NCBI GenBank assembly: GCA_000934665.2
Contig: KZ537995.1
Location: 62,001 to 126,000 of the forward strand
Direction: 5' to 3'
Source: Catajapyx aquilonaris
Lineage: Eukaryota
DNA length: 64,000 bases
Shown: piece after piece, positions 25,427 to 40,400 of the stretch
How positions within the stretch are numbered: the stretch's first letter is position 1
How the letters are laid out: the number at the start of each line of letters is the position of its first letter
Position numbers and translations under genes: made by a program
Notes under the pieces: generated by a model
What the model was told of the DNA's origin: nothing
The model's input: the letters and a program-made list of their open reading frames with translations, nothing else
The model's database searches: none

Positions 25427-28400
25427 ATGACGGCGTCGACGGCGTCGGCGGCGTCGGTAGCGGCGGCGGCGGTGGCCGACGAGCAGCGTCGAGAACGACA
25501 GGCTCGCTCTGTGGCCTTGGAAAAGGCCTACGTACACGACGTGTACGACCAAATCTCGACGCACTTTTCCGACGGCCGCTACCGGGCTTGGCCCCGGGTC
25601 AAGCAGTTCCTCATGGACCTCGAACCAGGATCCATCGTTTGCGACGTTGGTGAGTACATGCTCAACAAGTGAAGGCTCAATTGAATAAAAAAACACATCC
25701 TTTTTACCAACTCTTGGCAGTTATAGTGGGCCACAATTGCGTTAACACAACAGACCATTATTTTAAAGCCGAAGACATGGATGGTGGACATAATGTTGCT
25801 GTAACTCGTATGAAGTGCAAGGAATTCTGGCTTTCTGCCCTTTCAATTTTCTTTCCAAGTGACACCCGCAGTATTCTTCGTATATGCTACGAGCTATGCC
25901 TGTTACAAATTCATCAATTTTGTACACCTCTGCATCTCTTGTAAGGATCATCTCACCTGCATATATCCGGAGAACTGCGCCCATTACTGCCTTTGCCGGC
26001 TCTCCTCTCTATTAGTTTCTAGGTTTGCAGATATAAATTAGGTCCAGAAAGGGCTGGAGGATCCTAGTCTAAATACTGCAACGTTGCAGGCTACAGCATT
26101 AACTTGTCCAACTCGTCCCCCCCTTTTTTCAGGAGGCGTACTACAGGGAATAAGGTATCGACTTGCCCACCTGAGTCTTAACTATAATTTATGGCGGCCA
26201 GTTTGTCTCTGGAGATGGCCTTAGCTAGAAAGCCCTGGTGTATTTTTGACTCGGGAAGCCTCCTAATTCACCATTTGTATCACGTGTCGACGGTTATACC
26301 TCGGGTCTGTAATTTACGACTAGACGGGATTGAATTAAAAGTGAACAAAGTTATTACTCCGTGGAAACTAAATTTATTGTGCTGGTTCTGTCGATTCTAA
26401 TGCTTCCAAGATCCGTATTTCCAAGCCCTTTCTTTAATATTGTAACTATAGGACGTATAATCTATGGCAGCCATGGGCTGATATATTGAGATATGAAAAA
26501 CTACGTGTCTTGCAAGATGTTAACCTTTCACTGTAATGGAAATAATGTGTTTCTCAGTAAATGGTGACGGAGCTAAAAAGGAAAGGATTTTCTCTATAGC
26601 AGTTCTGCGAGTTTCCGCTGGTTATTCAGTTTGCAATTTTAACATTTTCATAGCAGTTTAATCATGATTGGAATACGCTTTATGGATATCTGGTATTTTG
26701 AATATTATATTAAGAGCCAAAGCTTCAGTTTAAAAATGTTTTAACAACATCATGATTGTGTCACAATAAGAATCACGAATCAGTATCACTCTGTGACAGT
26801 ATGAATATCCTCATAAAATATTGTAGATATTGGGCTGCTACATATATAGACAAGTAAAACTGAATCAGATCCTTTCATGATGGTCTAAGAGTTATATGCT
26901 TCAGCTCGACAGTTCAAAATAAATCCGGTGATTAAGGCTCAGAGGCCTGGAAGAAAAGTTGGAAACCACGAGCCAAACTATTACAGGGCCAGTGGAAGCA
27001 ATTCTCTCTTTTTTTTTCCAAACATCTCGAAGCGCGGTTTCCACTTCTCCAATCAAGATAAGTTTGTATGACCGATTCAGTAGCCTACTAACTCAAGGAA
27101 GCCTTTTATAAACTACTAAAATAAAGTTTGACGATAGTTAAATTGAACAAGACTAGCATAATTTACATTGCATGCTTCCTCTGCATATGCCATATTTTTG
27201 TGGGGCAAATCCATAATTTACTGCATTTATGATCTGTACAATGCAACAGTTCCGAATAGGTAAATATACGTTTGCAAGCTCTACATTATCCAATTAATAA
27301 CTTACCACACGAAATTTGCTATCAGGAAATTCACTGCAATATTAATATATAATTTTAACGAAGGTCAATATTGAGACGATAATAATGCTGATCCTTCGCA
27401 ATAATATTATAGACTTAATAAAAGGTTGTCAATATGACTTACTGTTTCACATACGATGAATTCCCGAGCGATCGTGCCAAGGTGACTGTAAAGCGAGTTA
27501 TCAAACCACTATATACTCGCTTCTCAATAATTTTGATCCGCACTTTCGGAGTATCCTCAGGTGGGATATCTCTCTCTGATTACACCCAAGGTCCATGAGC
27601 ATAATGGGGTCTTGTTCATGATGCCCCAGTTTTCATTTTAACATGGCAATTCACATTCGTTATTTCGGAGCTTAAGACTTCCCTGGAGGGACGTTTACGA
27701 TTAATTGGAACAAGTTTAATTTGGACTGTTGGGGTGGGAGGGGGGGGGGATTTAGTTGTACGACCCTTTCCTGCTTGGAAACCTTGCTTTCTCTCGGCTG
27801 CAAGGAAATGGAAAGTTTGCCTTCCAAAACAGCTTGCGCGTGTAATTACACACGTGTAAAGACTACAACATTTGCGATTCAGGCCTCTATAGTGTGCTAT
27901 ACGACGGAATTAAATGCATTTTAAATACTCTGTCTACTGCATAAAAGCAGGAGTTTAAATGCATAGAGGTTAAAATTATAGACGAAGCCTCCCCCAAAAA
28001 AATCACTCAGCTTGATCATCCAACCGATGAAATATGAGGAAAGATAGTAATCTGAAAAAGAGGGGAGAAGGATAGAGAAAATGGAAGGCGAAACAAATCG
28101 CATTAGTTGGAAACGACTTTCTTGTAGGGCGGATCAACTTTGACCCTCCATTTAATTCGTCCTGCACTAAAACCTCGCCATTTAACGATTGAAAAGAAAG
28201 TGTGCGGGACTTAAGTTACAGTATGTTTTCTTCCAATTTCTGCTCCTGAAAGTTGAAGATAGAGAGCGGGGAGGAAGGGGGGGGGGATGATTTTATCCTC
28301 CAAGCAGAAGGGCAGGGGTCGAGCATATGGCTATAATTTTTTTATATATCTGTAATATCCAGTTCCTTTTAATCTCCCCCCCCCCCTTTCATATGAAGCA

Positions 28401-31400
28401 GAATTGAACATGAGTGCGCTAAAATTACGAACCCGCTTTTTATGATAGTTTAAATGTCGGCTGCTATACCAAAAAATATACGTGTGCGGGGATCTAAAAT
28501 TTTGAACCAAATGGGACTCTCAGGACATGTAATTCGAGATAGAAAAAAATATATCCATTTTCAGATAGAGCTGTAGAAGAAGTTTCCCAGGGCAACTTTC
28601 AAACAAAGCAGATGTTTGAATCTTGGTCCCCGAGGCCGTAAAGCCAGGGATATTCCGCACACGAAAGCATTTTCATGTAGTCAGAAAGCAATTCCCCCAC
28701 TATTCAGTTCCGCGCTTTGTAAATGATATTTACGCCTTGTGAAAAGTGGATTTTTTCTCTGAAATATTTCACAATTACCGGAAGGATGCAAGGATATATA
28801 GTTATACGACTCCCGCGCCGATCTAAGAGAAATAATTTAAAAAATTGGGGGCATAAATGTGCTAAAATGTAGACTGATCGCACTGAACATAATATTTGCG
28901 CCTAACTGAATGCAACCATCCCTTTAAAATCGTAATACGGAGGGGGGGGGGGGGGGGNGGGGGGGGCTATGGAAATTCATCGTCGTCGCACTGAAAATTC
29001 GAGCCAGAAACCCCATGAAACGGAACATTTCACTTTGACAGGTGGACAAAATCCGGGTCTCCCAAATGGGTCACGACTGGCATAATTCGCATGGACTTGA
29101 ATACTGTTTGAGGGCCAGGTTCTGATCGCCTGGGGATAGCAACAAAATTGTGCTCTATATATCCGCATGCAAGCTCCGGGCCATATACACTGCGTGAGTG
29201 CTCTCGGACTGTACAAAAAAAAACGTAGATGGGCTGACATACATCGATTGTTTCCAAAAATAAAATTTGACACATGGCGAAAACTTTATTGTGTCGCGAT
29301 TAATTTCAGGGGGCGTCTAATCCCCTAGTGCCGGACAACATTAATTTAAAGGGTGGGCCAAAAGAGAAATGAAGCCGTGATTCCGGGGGTGGGTGTAAAA
29401 GGCCCCCCTAGTTTCAGGCCAGCCTTTATGGAAGCGAGAATGGCCCCATTAGACCGCCCCTGGACCTTCATTTTGGGGGCCCCCCAAATGGGGCTAGACT
29501 TGATTCCAGGTAAGATACACTTGCAGGGAGGCCCCTGAGAAATCCCTTATGCCTCGTTGTAGTATCCACCAAAAAGAAAGAATAAGATCCACTTATTATT
29601 TAAGTTCGGTCTTGGAGCAATATTGGCCCATAAGCAATTTGCGGCGTCTCGAATATAACTTGCGACACATTTTTAGGGTCTTGAACTTTCGGTATCGAAT
29701 ATTCAGTCCTCACTTTCTTTTTCTGCTCGAATTCCAGTTGGTATTCTTCTCCGTTTTCTGAATTAGAGGTTCAACTTGGCGAGAAGTGCGACTATCAGTA
29801 GCAGTTGTCTGGGTCTAGAGTGATGAAAAATCAATTCGTCTGAGGAGCATTCCACGTTTCTCTTTCTCTCATTTTTTTATTATTATTTTGCTTGTTTCTC
29901 TCTTTCTCTCCCACCCCATTACTCCCTTCTTTATTGCCAAATTTGATGGAAGGAATAATTACTGGGGGGGGAGCTCCCCCACAAGAAACTTTGTACCCAG
30001 TACCAACTTTGGGGATACATTTCCGTGCATGACTACTGCCGGCATAATTAATTTTTATTGCCCAAACTTATGCCTCAGTGCCCCCCCTCCTTAAAACTCT
30101 CTCCACGGTTTTTCCTTAGAAAATTAAGCGAGTGAAAGTGGTATGACTTGCAAAGTACAGCGTCTGCCTTCTTTATGTGAAGGCACCACGAAGTAAGGTT
30201 AGGGGAAAGATGGTTTATGAGTCTTTAGGGAGGAGGTGGGTGCGGTTGACTTTTTGCACTGAATTTCGGCTTCATTTTTTTTTCTTTCTTCCCAGGGTTG
30301 AGGCCCGCGTGATCTAAAATATCACGCCCGAGGAGATTGCTCTTTGAAAAGGTATTGCAGTAGGGGAATGGTGACATTTGAAACGGTCGTTTCCTCACCC
30401 GAAGAAAAATGAGGCCCCAGAAGTGCGGACATTGTAAATTCTGCCATTGGAGAAAATATAAAAACAAGTGAAGAGGTTTGGATCCATCCAGCAGGAGCTG
30501 GGGAATGAAATATTGGACTGTCCTCTTTTCCTGGCGTGGAATTTTGCAAAAATGACAGCCTGGTGGCCAATTTTTTAAAAATAAAACAGTGTTGTGTCAT
30601 AAGATACAAGTACATTGTGTGTAACGTGAGAGATTTAAAGCCTAATTAAGTAATTGCTCAATAGAGCAAAAATGAAAGAAAATTGAGAAATGATTGGGTT
30701 GCAGAAAAAATATTGCAAGTTGTAAGTTCCTGGTACGTTACATATTAGCCTGAAATTGACGGACTTCAATGGATGATAAATTTCATAAATTATTTAAAAA
30801 TTGTTTACCCCATCATTTACGTGTTTTTATTAATTCCTGATAGTTTTATAACAATTCTGAGTGTACTTTAATGTCACGTACATCCCCATGAACTTCGATC
30901 TTTGCTGTTATATTTGCTGTTCAATATTTCAGTGAGAGAGTGGTACACAATCCAACGGGAAACAGCAAAACCCCGTAAATAATAAACTACCTGTAGCTGG
31001 TTTTGTGTGTGAAATATTTAAGTTTGCAACTGATTTTTTTTTCTTACAGTTCTACAAACCTGTCAGGATGTCTCGGAGTCAGAATATATAACTTTGAAAG
31101 TGCGAGTTATGACATATCCGCCACATTGAGACGACACGTACTAAATTATTATTGAAGTGCATATCTAGAGAATGATGCAAAAGTGTTTCTTATTGTGCGG
31201 GCAAACATGACATCGTAGCTACAACAAACATTGATACAGTTTACACACGCTCTGAGCGACAGTCATCGAAGCTTATGCAAACATGTGAGTTAACTATTCC
31301 CTCTGCAAATTAGCGCTGATTTATATTCCTTCAGTGATGGGTAATTTTCGCAGACTTATTTGACCTACTTGTAGCCAGAAAGTTTACGTGCAGATCCCGC

Positions 31401-34400
31401 CACACTTATAGGCCTGGGATTGGCCTGTTATGAAAACCCTCAGCAGCATCCCTCCCTTCGCACGAGCAGAATTTCATTCTGAAATAGGAGGCCACCCGGG
31501 AAAAATAAATGGGGCCAACTTATTCCCCGGCGGCCATTATGGCCACCTCCAGTGATCAAATTGCCCGCAGCCATAATTTCTCACCGAGCATGACAAATAA
31601 CCTAATTGATTTGATATAAAGCCGACTTGGCTAAACTGAAACGGCACTGGTTTTTCAGAGAGGCATAAGGAATGTGTGTAATTAGCACTTCTTTCTTATT
31701 ATTATTATAATTTTTTATAGCCTGTAAAATATTATGATGTCGAGATGGGTATAATGAACGGACTCGTCGTGCGATTCCTAACAAGGCCATTTGTATTCTG
31801 CACCGAGTTTGGCCGTGCTGTACGTGCAAGCCTTGCATTTTACACCATTGATGCATAGCGTTCTCAATCTGCTCCATTACCGACAGGAAATGGAACTTGG
31901 GGAGCTCTTAGGAAGTATCGTGTAAGGACCAGTCTTAGAGTAACGAATGGTACGACCTTATGTGTGCTGGCCTCGCTCGCCTTTTTTTTAATGTATAAAA
32001 TTTTATTTCGGCAAACTTGGAATATATACCGGAGGGGGCATTAGAGATTGGGATACTGTGGAGTAGGTATCGCGACTGGAAACTGGGCCTGGAAATTCTC
32101 AATTTCGGGAAAGTTTTCTCATCAGGTGTGTTTTGGTGCCTTGGTTGTGTCGTTTGCATGGCCAAGTTTGAAGCTGTGACACCCGTTTCGAAAGAGCATG
32201 CCCATAATGGCCGATTACAGTGAAAGGTTGTGTCTCGCCTATAGGTCTTCAGGGCCTAACTTTTTTTAAACTAGTCACGTAAATTAAATACGGGACTCCG
32301 CAGTTAGTTCGACAGTGTTGTTACATGACTGCAAAACTGTCGGTGTAACTGATATTGCATGTTTGTAAACTGTAAAATTATCCCAGTATAGGCTCTGTAC
32401 AGTTTGTATGTTTCATTTTGTACATTGCACAGTAGAATCCTTAGAAAACACTAGTACAGTGTTGTTAATTGGTCCATATTATATTTCGGACACCATTCAA
32501 GCCATATCAGGTGCAACATTGTGACTATAAAACGTAGTTCCGAATATTAAATTATAATTATTATTTTATCCTATGCGGATATTTTTAAGCGTACGTTTTA
32601 ATCCAAACGGCTGCCTTTTTTCGGTTAGATCCACCTCCTGTACAGTACTTGTGGTCATAAATGTCTTACGGCTATAAATAATCATAATACCACGTGTAAA
32701 TTCATACAGCACTAAAACAGCTAATTAGAGCCGGGTTGTAAATTAGTGCCATAAAACGGTTAACTATAGTAAGCAACATTTTTTTTCCCTCCCCTTGCAA
32801 AACATATTACGAACATGCGATCGCTCCCAGCTCCAGTGTGTTTCCCAAGCGGACAACACTGCCTCCGCACTTTATAAGCAAACACGTAATGAAGAAAAAA
32901 GGCGTAAAAAAAACATGGCCATTTATTTGTGGAGATAGGCGCAAGTGTGGCGTAAATTTTTGTTTACACAGTTATATACACGGTCGTTGATCTTTCTCTG
33001 GAAGACTGCCTACTTATTCAGTTTTCTTTTTATATATATTTTTACTCTGGTGCTGATGGCATCATAGAGAAACCCCGTAAATGGAAAGTTGGATGGCAAT
33101 GTTATACCCCCCTCTCTCCGACCTCCCCTACTTTTCTTGCCAAAACTTCCCCTACCAACCCGCAAAAGCCCTGGGACTCATGTGGCACAAATTCGATTGC
33201 AGGCTTTGAGATAGCGGCGACCAGAAATGGGGAAGGTTGGTTGAAGACGGCATTCAAGACGGTTTCCTGAATAAGAAAATTTTTGTATCCGACCTCCTCC
33301 TCTACTGTACGTATATATACCCTGAAGCGAAAAGAAGCAGAAAAGAAAAGAAAAAAAAACCCTTCATGAAAGTGTGGTGCGGATCAGGTTGCGAAATGTT
33401 TGGAAGGGGAAAAAGCTTCAGAGAACGTTGATGATTATAAATGCGGCGACTATAAAAATCGGCTGTCGTGCTCTCGAGCTCAAGAAAAGTTTTTTCCGAG
33501 TAGGCAAACATCGGGTCTAATAGCATTAGGACTGTATTGCGCTTTATATCATTTCTGTGCTGCTGTGGGGAACTTTTGGGATAACAGTCAACCCAACTTT
33601 TTTTTCTCTCTCTCTTTATTTATTTTTTTCTCTTTCCCAGAAGGAATATAAGTTTTCGTCATCTTATTGCTGACAGGACGCTCATCTTTCTATTGCAGTT
33701 TTTTTAGGGAGTTTACAAACAATTTTTTTTCTCAATCAGAAATGCGGCCAAGGATTGTATTTTTGTGTGGATCATGTGTGATTTGCAATGGTTGATGCTG
33801 AGAGGATAATTGGGTCATTAGTATGACAGAAATTGAGGGGGTTTCAGCTTTTTTTATTTAAAAAAAATGCAAATATGCAAGGCATTAGCTGTTGAATCAA
33901 TACCACATTGCTGGTACAACAAAACATTTGTTTTTGGCGTTTACCGATGCTAATGCTAATTTATGAGCACTGTTAAGTTTGACTTTTCAATTTTTACATG
34001 CCAAATTTTCACAACATAATTACCAGCTGGTGTACTATCTGTCTTGTGTTTTTCCCCCCATTGATTTTACCAATGGTTGTATCATGTGTGACCAAAAGGG
34101 TTTTTGACAGATAAAATAGTGTAAAAATAGTGCTATAACTAGTCGCATACTTTTTAAATTAAACTAAAGTTACAAAACTATACGCCCGTCCTTTACACAT
34201 GAATTGGTTACCTCAGTGTGAACATTGCACAAATCACATGAAAGCCACAGGTACAGGAATTTTCTCTCTGCAGTGAGTGACAGTTTGTTTGCTGTTGCTG
34301 TTAACCAATTAAATCGCAGATAGTACTCTGTAACAACCTTGCCACTTTGGGACCCAAAAGTGGCCATCAAACCCCCATCCTCCAAATGCGAGTTCATTAG

Positions 34401-37400
34401 TTCTTGCAATTTAAATTTTGAAGTACGTACACGGGTAATGGACCACCTTTTATGATCATGCTGAAAAATGCAATACCTTGCTTTTTAATAATAGCTGGAA
34501 GGTAATGTTTCACATGGAATGCAATATATTATAAATTACGCCGTTACTGGGGTTTTTGTGATGAACAACGGTGTTTTACTTGATCATAAGCAGACACAGC
34601 GTGATGTAAATATGAAGTTTCAAAGAGGAAACAATTGTGTTTTTTCTGTTAATTGTGGTTAAATATCAATGGCCTTCACTGTTCATTATACGTACTTTCT
34701 TACAGTATTGTTGCTCAGCTACTATAGAAGTGGATGCGAAAATAGATTGCAGCAATAGTCTCTTCCTGTTCGAATTAACAGTTTCATTTTTGGCACACTG
34801 CAGCAGCATGTTTTATGAAAACCTTCACGTTCCCGAATCAGTAATTAGCGGGATACTTGATGAGCCGTGTTATTCTTGGCAACTTCCGGGAAGAGTCCAA
34901 TTCCACATTTAAATATTGTTTACGATGAAGAATGACACGGGAAATTGGACGTTTCCGTAAATTTTGGCATCGTCTCTCTCTCTCTCTCTTCATATACTAT
35001 CTTCTCTCTCAAGCGTGATATATTTTTTTGAAAAAAATAACAAAATGGGTTGAAAGACGAGACTAGATCTTGAGAATGTTCTTGTTGGCAGCAGTTTAGC
35101 CAAGTTCGCTGAATTCAGAGGAGACGGAAATCAAAGGGGAAGAGGAGAGACTGAAAAGGCTCGGAAACTCTGAGGGGTTGAGCAAAAAAAAAAAAAAAAA
35201 AAGAAAATTCACTTTCTTTCATTTGTGAAAGAGAGAGAAATACTTTCTTTTTGTAGAGAGTTCTGGCTCGAGAATGGCCAGAGGGTGAAAAGGGCAAAGG
35301 GTATAGGTTAATGTCTCGCATTAACATTTTGCTCCCGTAATAATATGTATATACTCTTCACCGCAATGCACTTGGGAATAATTTTCATTTACTTGAAAGA
35401 GTAGCCCCCTGTAAATTAGGCAGTCAGTTAGTCAAAAGAGGCTGATGGGTCGCGTGCATATCAGGATGAAATTTGCGCACAACTTTTTCTTCCTATAACG
35501 ATTGAGGTTATTTGCATTGAGAACACATTACGTGCTCAGTCTGCCAATTAACAAAAATTACGTGATGATTTCGTTTGAAAACTGTGTGGACTATGTTAAT
35601 TTTCACGTTGTATTTTTTAAATGTGAGGAAACGTACAGAATGTATTGATCAAACATTTGTGGAAGACTCTGTACAAAATATTTGCGAATTTATCCGAAAT
35701 ATTTGTGCTACTTTTTAAACTCTACAACAAATTTTCTCCCACGTGTCCTAGGGTGATCTACACGTGCCCACCCACTTATTGGTTATAAAATATTCGACCG
35801 TATAAAAGCGTCAGAAAGTTTGCACGTAGACCTCATCCGTGAAATGTATTTTGGATTGTAAAAAAAAAAGGAGGGGAGGAAAAACTGTCGTTTAGAGAGA
35901 GAGAGATTGAGTACATTTTGGGCCTGGAAATCCCTCTTTATTGGGCAGCTAACACTGTGTGCCTACCTTTTGGTGGCTGGAAAAATGTCAGAAAGGAGCG
36001 GGGGGGGGGGGGNGGGGGGGGGGGACCTGCTGAATTATGGTTTTCGGGAGGCGAATAATGTTAAGGCTCCGAGTGAAGAATGTTAGAGGATGAGGAGATT
36101 TATCGTCTCCAGTGAGACGATACATTTTTTGGGCTTATTTTTTTTTACCCAGGTAGTTTTTTGGCTTGATGGTGCAAAACTTGAAGCCATTTATGTGATA
36201 AAACGTTGGTTGCATTTATGCGTTTCCATTCTTTCCAGGTTGCGGGAACGGAAAGTACCTGAATGTGAACCAAAGTATCTTCAAGATAGGATCGGATCGT
36301 TGTGCTGCACTCACGGAGATCGCTCGTGAAAAGGAACATGAGGTGAGCATTAAATAAAATTTATGGCTGTTTTGACGCCGGTAATACCGACCCGAGGAGA
36401 ATAACTATGTTCATTAAAATCCTCTGAAATAACTCCCGCTGATCTCTTTGAAGTAGTTTCAGGATCCTTCCAAACGACATAGGCAGGATTCCATTTTGCC
36501 CTTGCAAAGACACGTAACTTGTCACAATGAACCCAGATTTTCTGAAGATCCTTCAAAGGGAGAGAGACGTGGAGTTCCTTTCTGTACTGAAACTTTCTAT
36601 TGTGTGTGCTTTTTTTTATGTGTGCTGAAAATGCGTGTTGAGGAAAGAACAAAGTTTTTCGCGCATCGTCCATATTGGATGGAACATTGTGCACGAAAAA
36701 AAAAACGGAAAATAAAGTTTGAGGGAAAAGATGAGCTCGTGTTATCCTCGCAGGACGACGACCCATCTATGACGATCCGTGACGATATGACTGCTTCCAA
36801 ACGACATCTTTTTTTTGTGCCCGTCGTCTGGAGTAGATACGACCATCATTCGGCTGCCATTCGATTTACGGGCCCTTAATGTCGATTTTTTTTTTGTGGT
36901 GGTGGTGGTGGTGGCCTGGAGCTTCGGACAGTGTCAGGGATGATACGCTGGGATATATCCAGGGTTGTAGAAACCTGAAGGTGGCGTCTCTGGAATTAAG
37001 GGCCTGCCTTTTGCAGAGATTCATGCTTTGATAATAATTACTCTTTAATGGCTTCCGCGTGCTTGTTTTCAGAAGAAATAATGGAGCGGAAGTAAGTATA
37101 TGCCAGATTTGTGAAGTAAACTCAATTTTGGTCCGGTCTCGCTTTTGCTTGTTGTGTCCGCCGCCTCTGTTTGCAATAAGCGGTAAGCTATTGTCGTCTG
37201 ATGCAGGAAGCGTATCATATTTTTTTGCTTGACAATCCGAGCTCAGGACACTAATTAAAAGCGCTGTACCGCGTTATAGTATAAACGATCACATTCGAAT
37301 CGATCAGGGTTTGGTAGCGAACTGACCAAAAATCTACAGTATGCCGTCAATTGGGGGTGAGATTGTGCCAGGTGGGGTGAGATTGTGCCATCGAATTTTT

Positions 37401-40400
37401 GGACAACAGTGAGCCCTACTAGCATGTTCTACTACACATTGAGGGATGGTCAAGGTTGTCAATCACAAGTAAAATTCGCAGTAGGGTGCAATGTTGTCCA
37501 AAAATTCTCTGGCACAATCTCACCCCAATTGACGGTATACTTTAAGATCCAGCAGCATGCTGTTCTCAGAGCCTTTTGTTCTTCATAACACGATATGTCC
37601 GAGAGAGAACAAAAATAGTCATGTCAGCTTGTTCATCCCTGGTAGGAAGCACGATAAAGACCTAACTTGAAATCTGTTTTTGCGAGGCTTATCTCCGGAT
37701 AAGATCCGGGTAATACGCTGCATTATCTCTGGGAATTGAGCGTGCATGTCGAGCACAAAAGGGGAGGGTAGATGGGTATGGGGGGTGATGCCAGCTCTAG
37801 TTTCCAGTGCTAATCAAAGCGTAAGCAAAACCTCCGCCGGTTTTTGCCGATATATAGTTGGAAGCCATAACGATCCGGTAGATTTTCATGGCACATCCGG
37901 CGCTCTTTTGACTCTTTATGGTATATATAGCACTGATTTTTTGACAATTAATTTCCTGCAGCAAGTGCTAGTTTGCGACAACCTGGCTCTGCCTTTCCGA
38001 GATGAGAGCTTCGACGCTGCTTTGTCCATCGCGGTCATCCACCATTTTGCCACCACTGAGAGAAGAGTGGCGGCTCTCAGGGAATTGGCACGGGTACTGC
38101 GCATCGGAGGAAGACTCATGATTTCGGTATGGGCCATGGAGCAGAGACACAGGAAGGTAAGAGAGAGAGAGAAGAAAATGTCAAGTTGTAACCCCCCCCG
38201 ACAGGAACATCATCTACAAAGCAATCTCCTGGAAAACACGAGTTTTTATATTTGGGTTTCACACCCTGCCGACAGAGTCATTTGTAGTTTTTAAAGGTGG
38301 AACTACTGTAGAATCTATTTCTGTCTGGAGATTTCAAAACTAATCTCGAAACAATTCGGAGAACAGAGCGGGAAGGAATTTTTTTCTTCTTCATCGCGGA
38401 TTCCAATTTCCCCCCCTTGGAAATTCTTGTAGAAGGAACCTTTTTTTTACCGCCCCTCTAGGCAATTCTCAAGCGAATCCAAAAGGAAACGACTCACGTT
38501 CTAATGTACAGTGTTTCCGTTCCAACACTTTTTATACCCATTTTCGCCATCCCGGATATTCCAGGTGAAATGCCACGTGGCTCACAAGAAGAATCGGCTC
38601 AGAAATTGAGTTTGTGCCTTCCATGGCCTTTAAAAAATGTAACATCACGTATCCCGATAATTCGCTATAGCAAACGCCTACAATTTTAAATAAGGCACCG
38701 GAGAGCAATAATGATTTAAACAGCTCATGCTTCCAGCCAATATTTTTTTTCCGAGCATTAAAATTAACCATTTTACTGTTTCACAAGTGCATTGTGGCCC
38801 CCTGTATCAGGAGGCTAATTCTGCTAAAAATCCTCACAATCGGTTCACAACGGGGGAGTCGTAATTGGTGAAAGCTTAATGACTCTGGCTGGGCTGTGTT
38901 GGCAAAGTTTGTGTAATTGCAGCGATAATTAAACCTTCGGTGGTTTTAATATTAGGTGGCGCATTCCGCATTGGGGAATATTATTGCCCGGGAATAGTTG
39001 CAAATACGTCTGCACTTTTTTTTTCGGTATGTGCCAAACACCCCCCCGGTTTAATTACAACGCGTTTGTTCAGTACTGTCGCTAGAAACATGCCTCGCTC
39101 GATCTGGAGATGGGATGATTGCCAGGGATCATCGTATAATGATCCTCTGCAAAGGCTGATCTTCCCCTAATGAAACAGCGACGAAATTGCGCCGATTCCG
39201 CCATGTTAACTCACGGAGATTTCGCCTTTTGTATTTGAGAAAAGCCTCCCTAATTGAAATAGACCCAATGTTTTTTTTTCGTTAGCGGAAAAAAAACAAG
39301 TAAACGAGAGGAGGAGAAGGTAAACAATGCTGGGGAGTTTGGAAAGAATTTTTTGGAGGAGGTTTGGCACAAGTGGAACGTAACAAAGGGGGGCGAAGTT
39401 AGAGAGAGGCCAAAAGGAATTCGAGTCACGATTTGAAAGTTTGCAACCTGCCTCGCCTGCTTACATGGTAGTAGAGTTTTTATTTATACGCCTTACCCTC
39501 CCCTGGATGGAACGTGAGTGAAAATACGGAGCTGCAGATTTTTGTCGATTTCTCTTGAAAATTTCCAATGTTTGTTCCTTGCGGTGTTTGGCTCGAGCGG
39601 CAATAATTTGCTAAACAATCATGCCTATATTTTGTAGCATTTTGCGCACGGGAAAAGCCTGCAATGCGGACATAAGTTTTTAGCATAAATATTTCATCAG
39701 CCAGACTTGTGCAATTGTAATATTGTTCACGCGTGTTGAATTGAGTTCTTTTTTTGCGTTAAAAATTCACATCGTTTAGGTAAGGTCTCAAGAGATTATA
39801 TGTAGCATTGTCAAGAACAAAGGACTCTAGTACATGCACAGCCCCTGAGCAATTCACACGCGACATCATGTATTTCAGGATTTTAGGATTTAAAACGGGG
39901 CCAGCTGCTGTGTTACAAAATAATATAAATGTAAATTTGTCGAAATTATTAGTGCTGAATGTTACACCATATGGGATGACATCACGTTGCGCGTGGCATG
40001 AACTTGTATTCGAACCAGTTAACATATTGTTTTGCGAATTCAAAATCACAATCTTTCAATATAAATTACTATACATGACTGTGAAATGCATTTCAGTTTA
40101 ATATGCAGCGCGTTTCAGTAAGCGAGACACGCTTTGTTACGTTTGCTGTCTGTTGATATGGTTTCAAATAGCAATGACATAACATATTGGATTGTGTGTC
40201 GGAATTGACCTTCATTATACCAGCGCCACATTTTTAAATTAAATTGTACAGTACTGTATATTTATATTGTATATACTTACACAGTTATGTATAGTACGAT
40301 AAAATGTGACCTAGTGTTCAATTTAAAGTTGTACCTGTATGTCACGTTGTACAGTGTCGTACCCTAATTTATACCTCTTTTAGGCGCGCAGTAAACGAGT

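Noticed and set aside
37073..37091. 19-nt candidate microexon (TTTTCAG|...|GTAAGT) reading RNNGAE in one frame
   Set aside because: The true exon 36239-36342 already supplies this part of the domain, and in the required phase the microexon gives an immediate TAA. A poison-exon role cannot be supported without RNA data.
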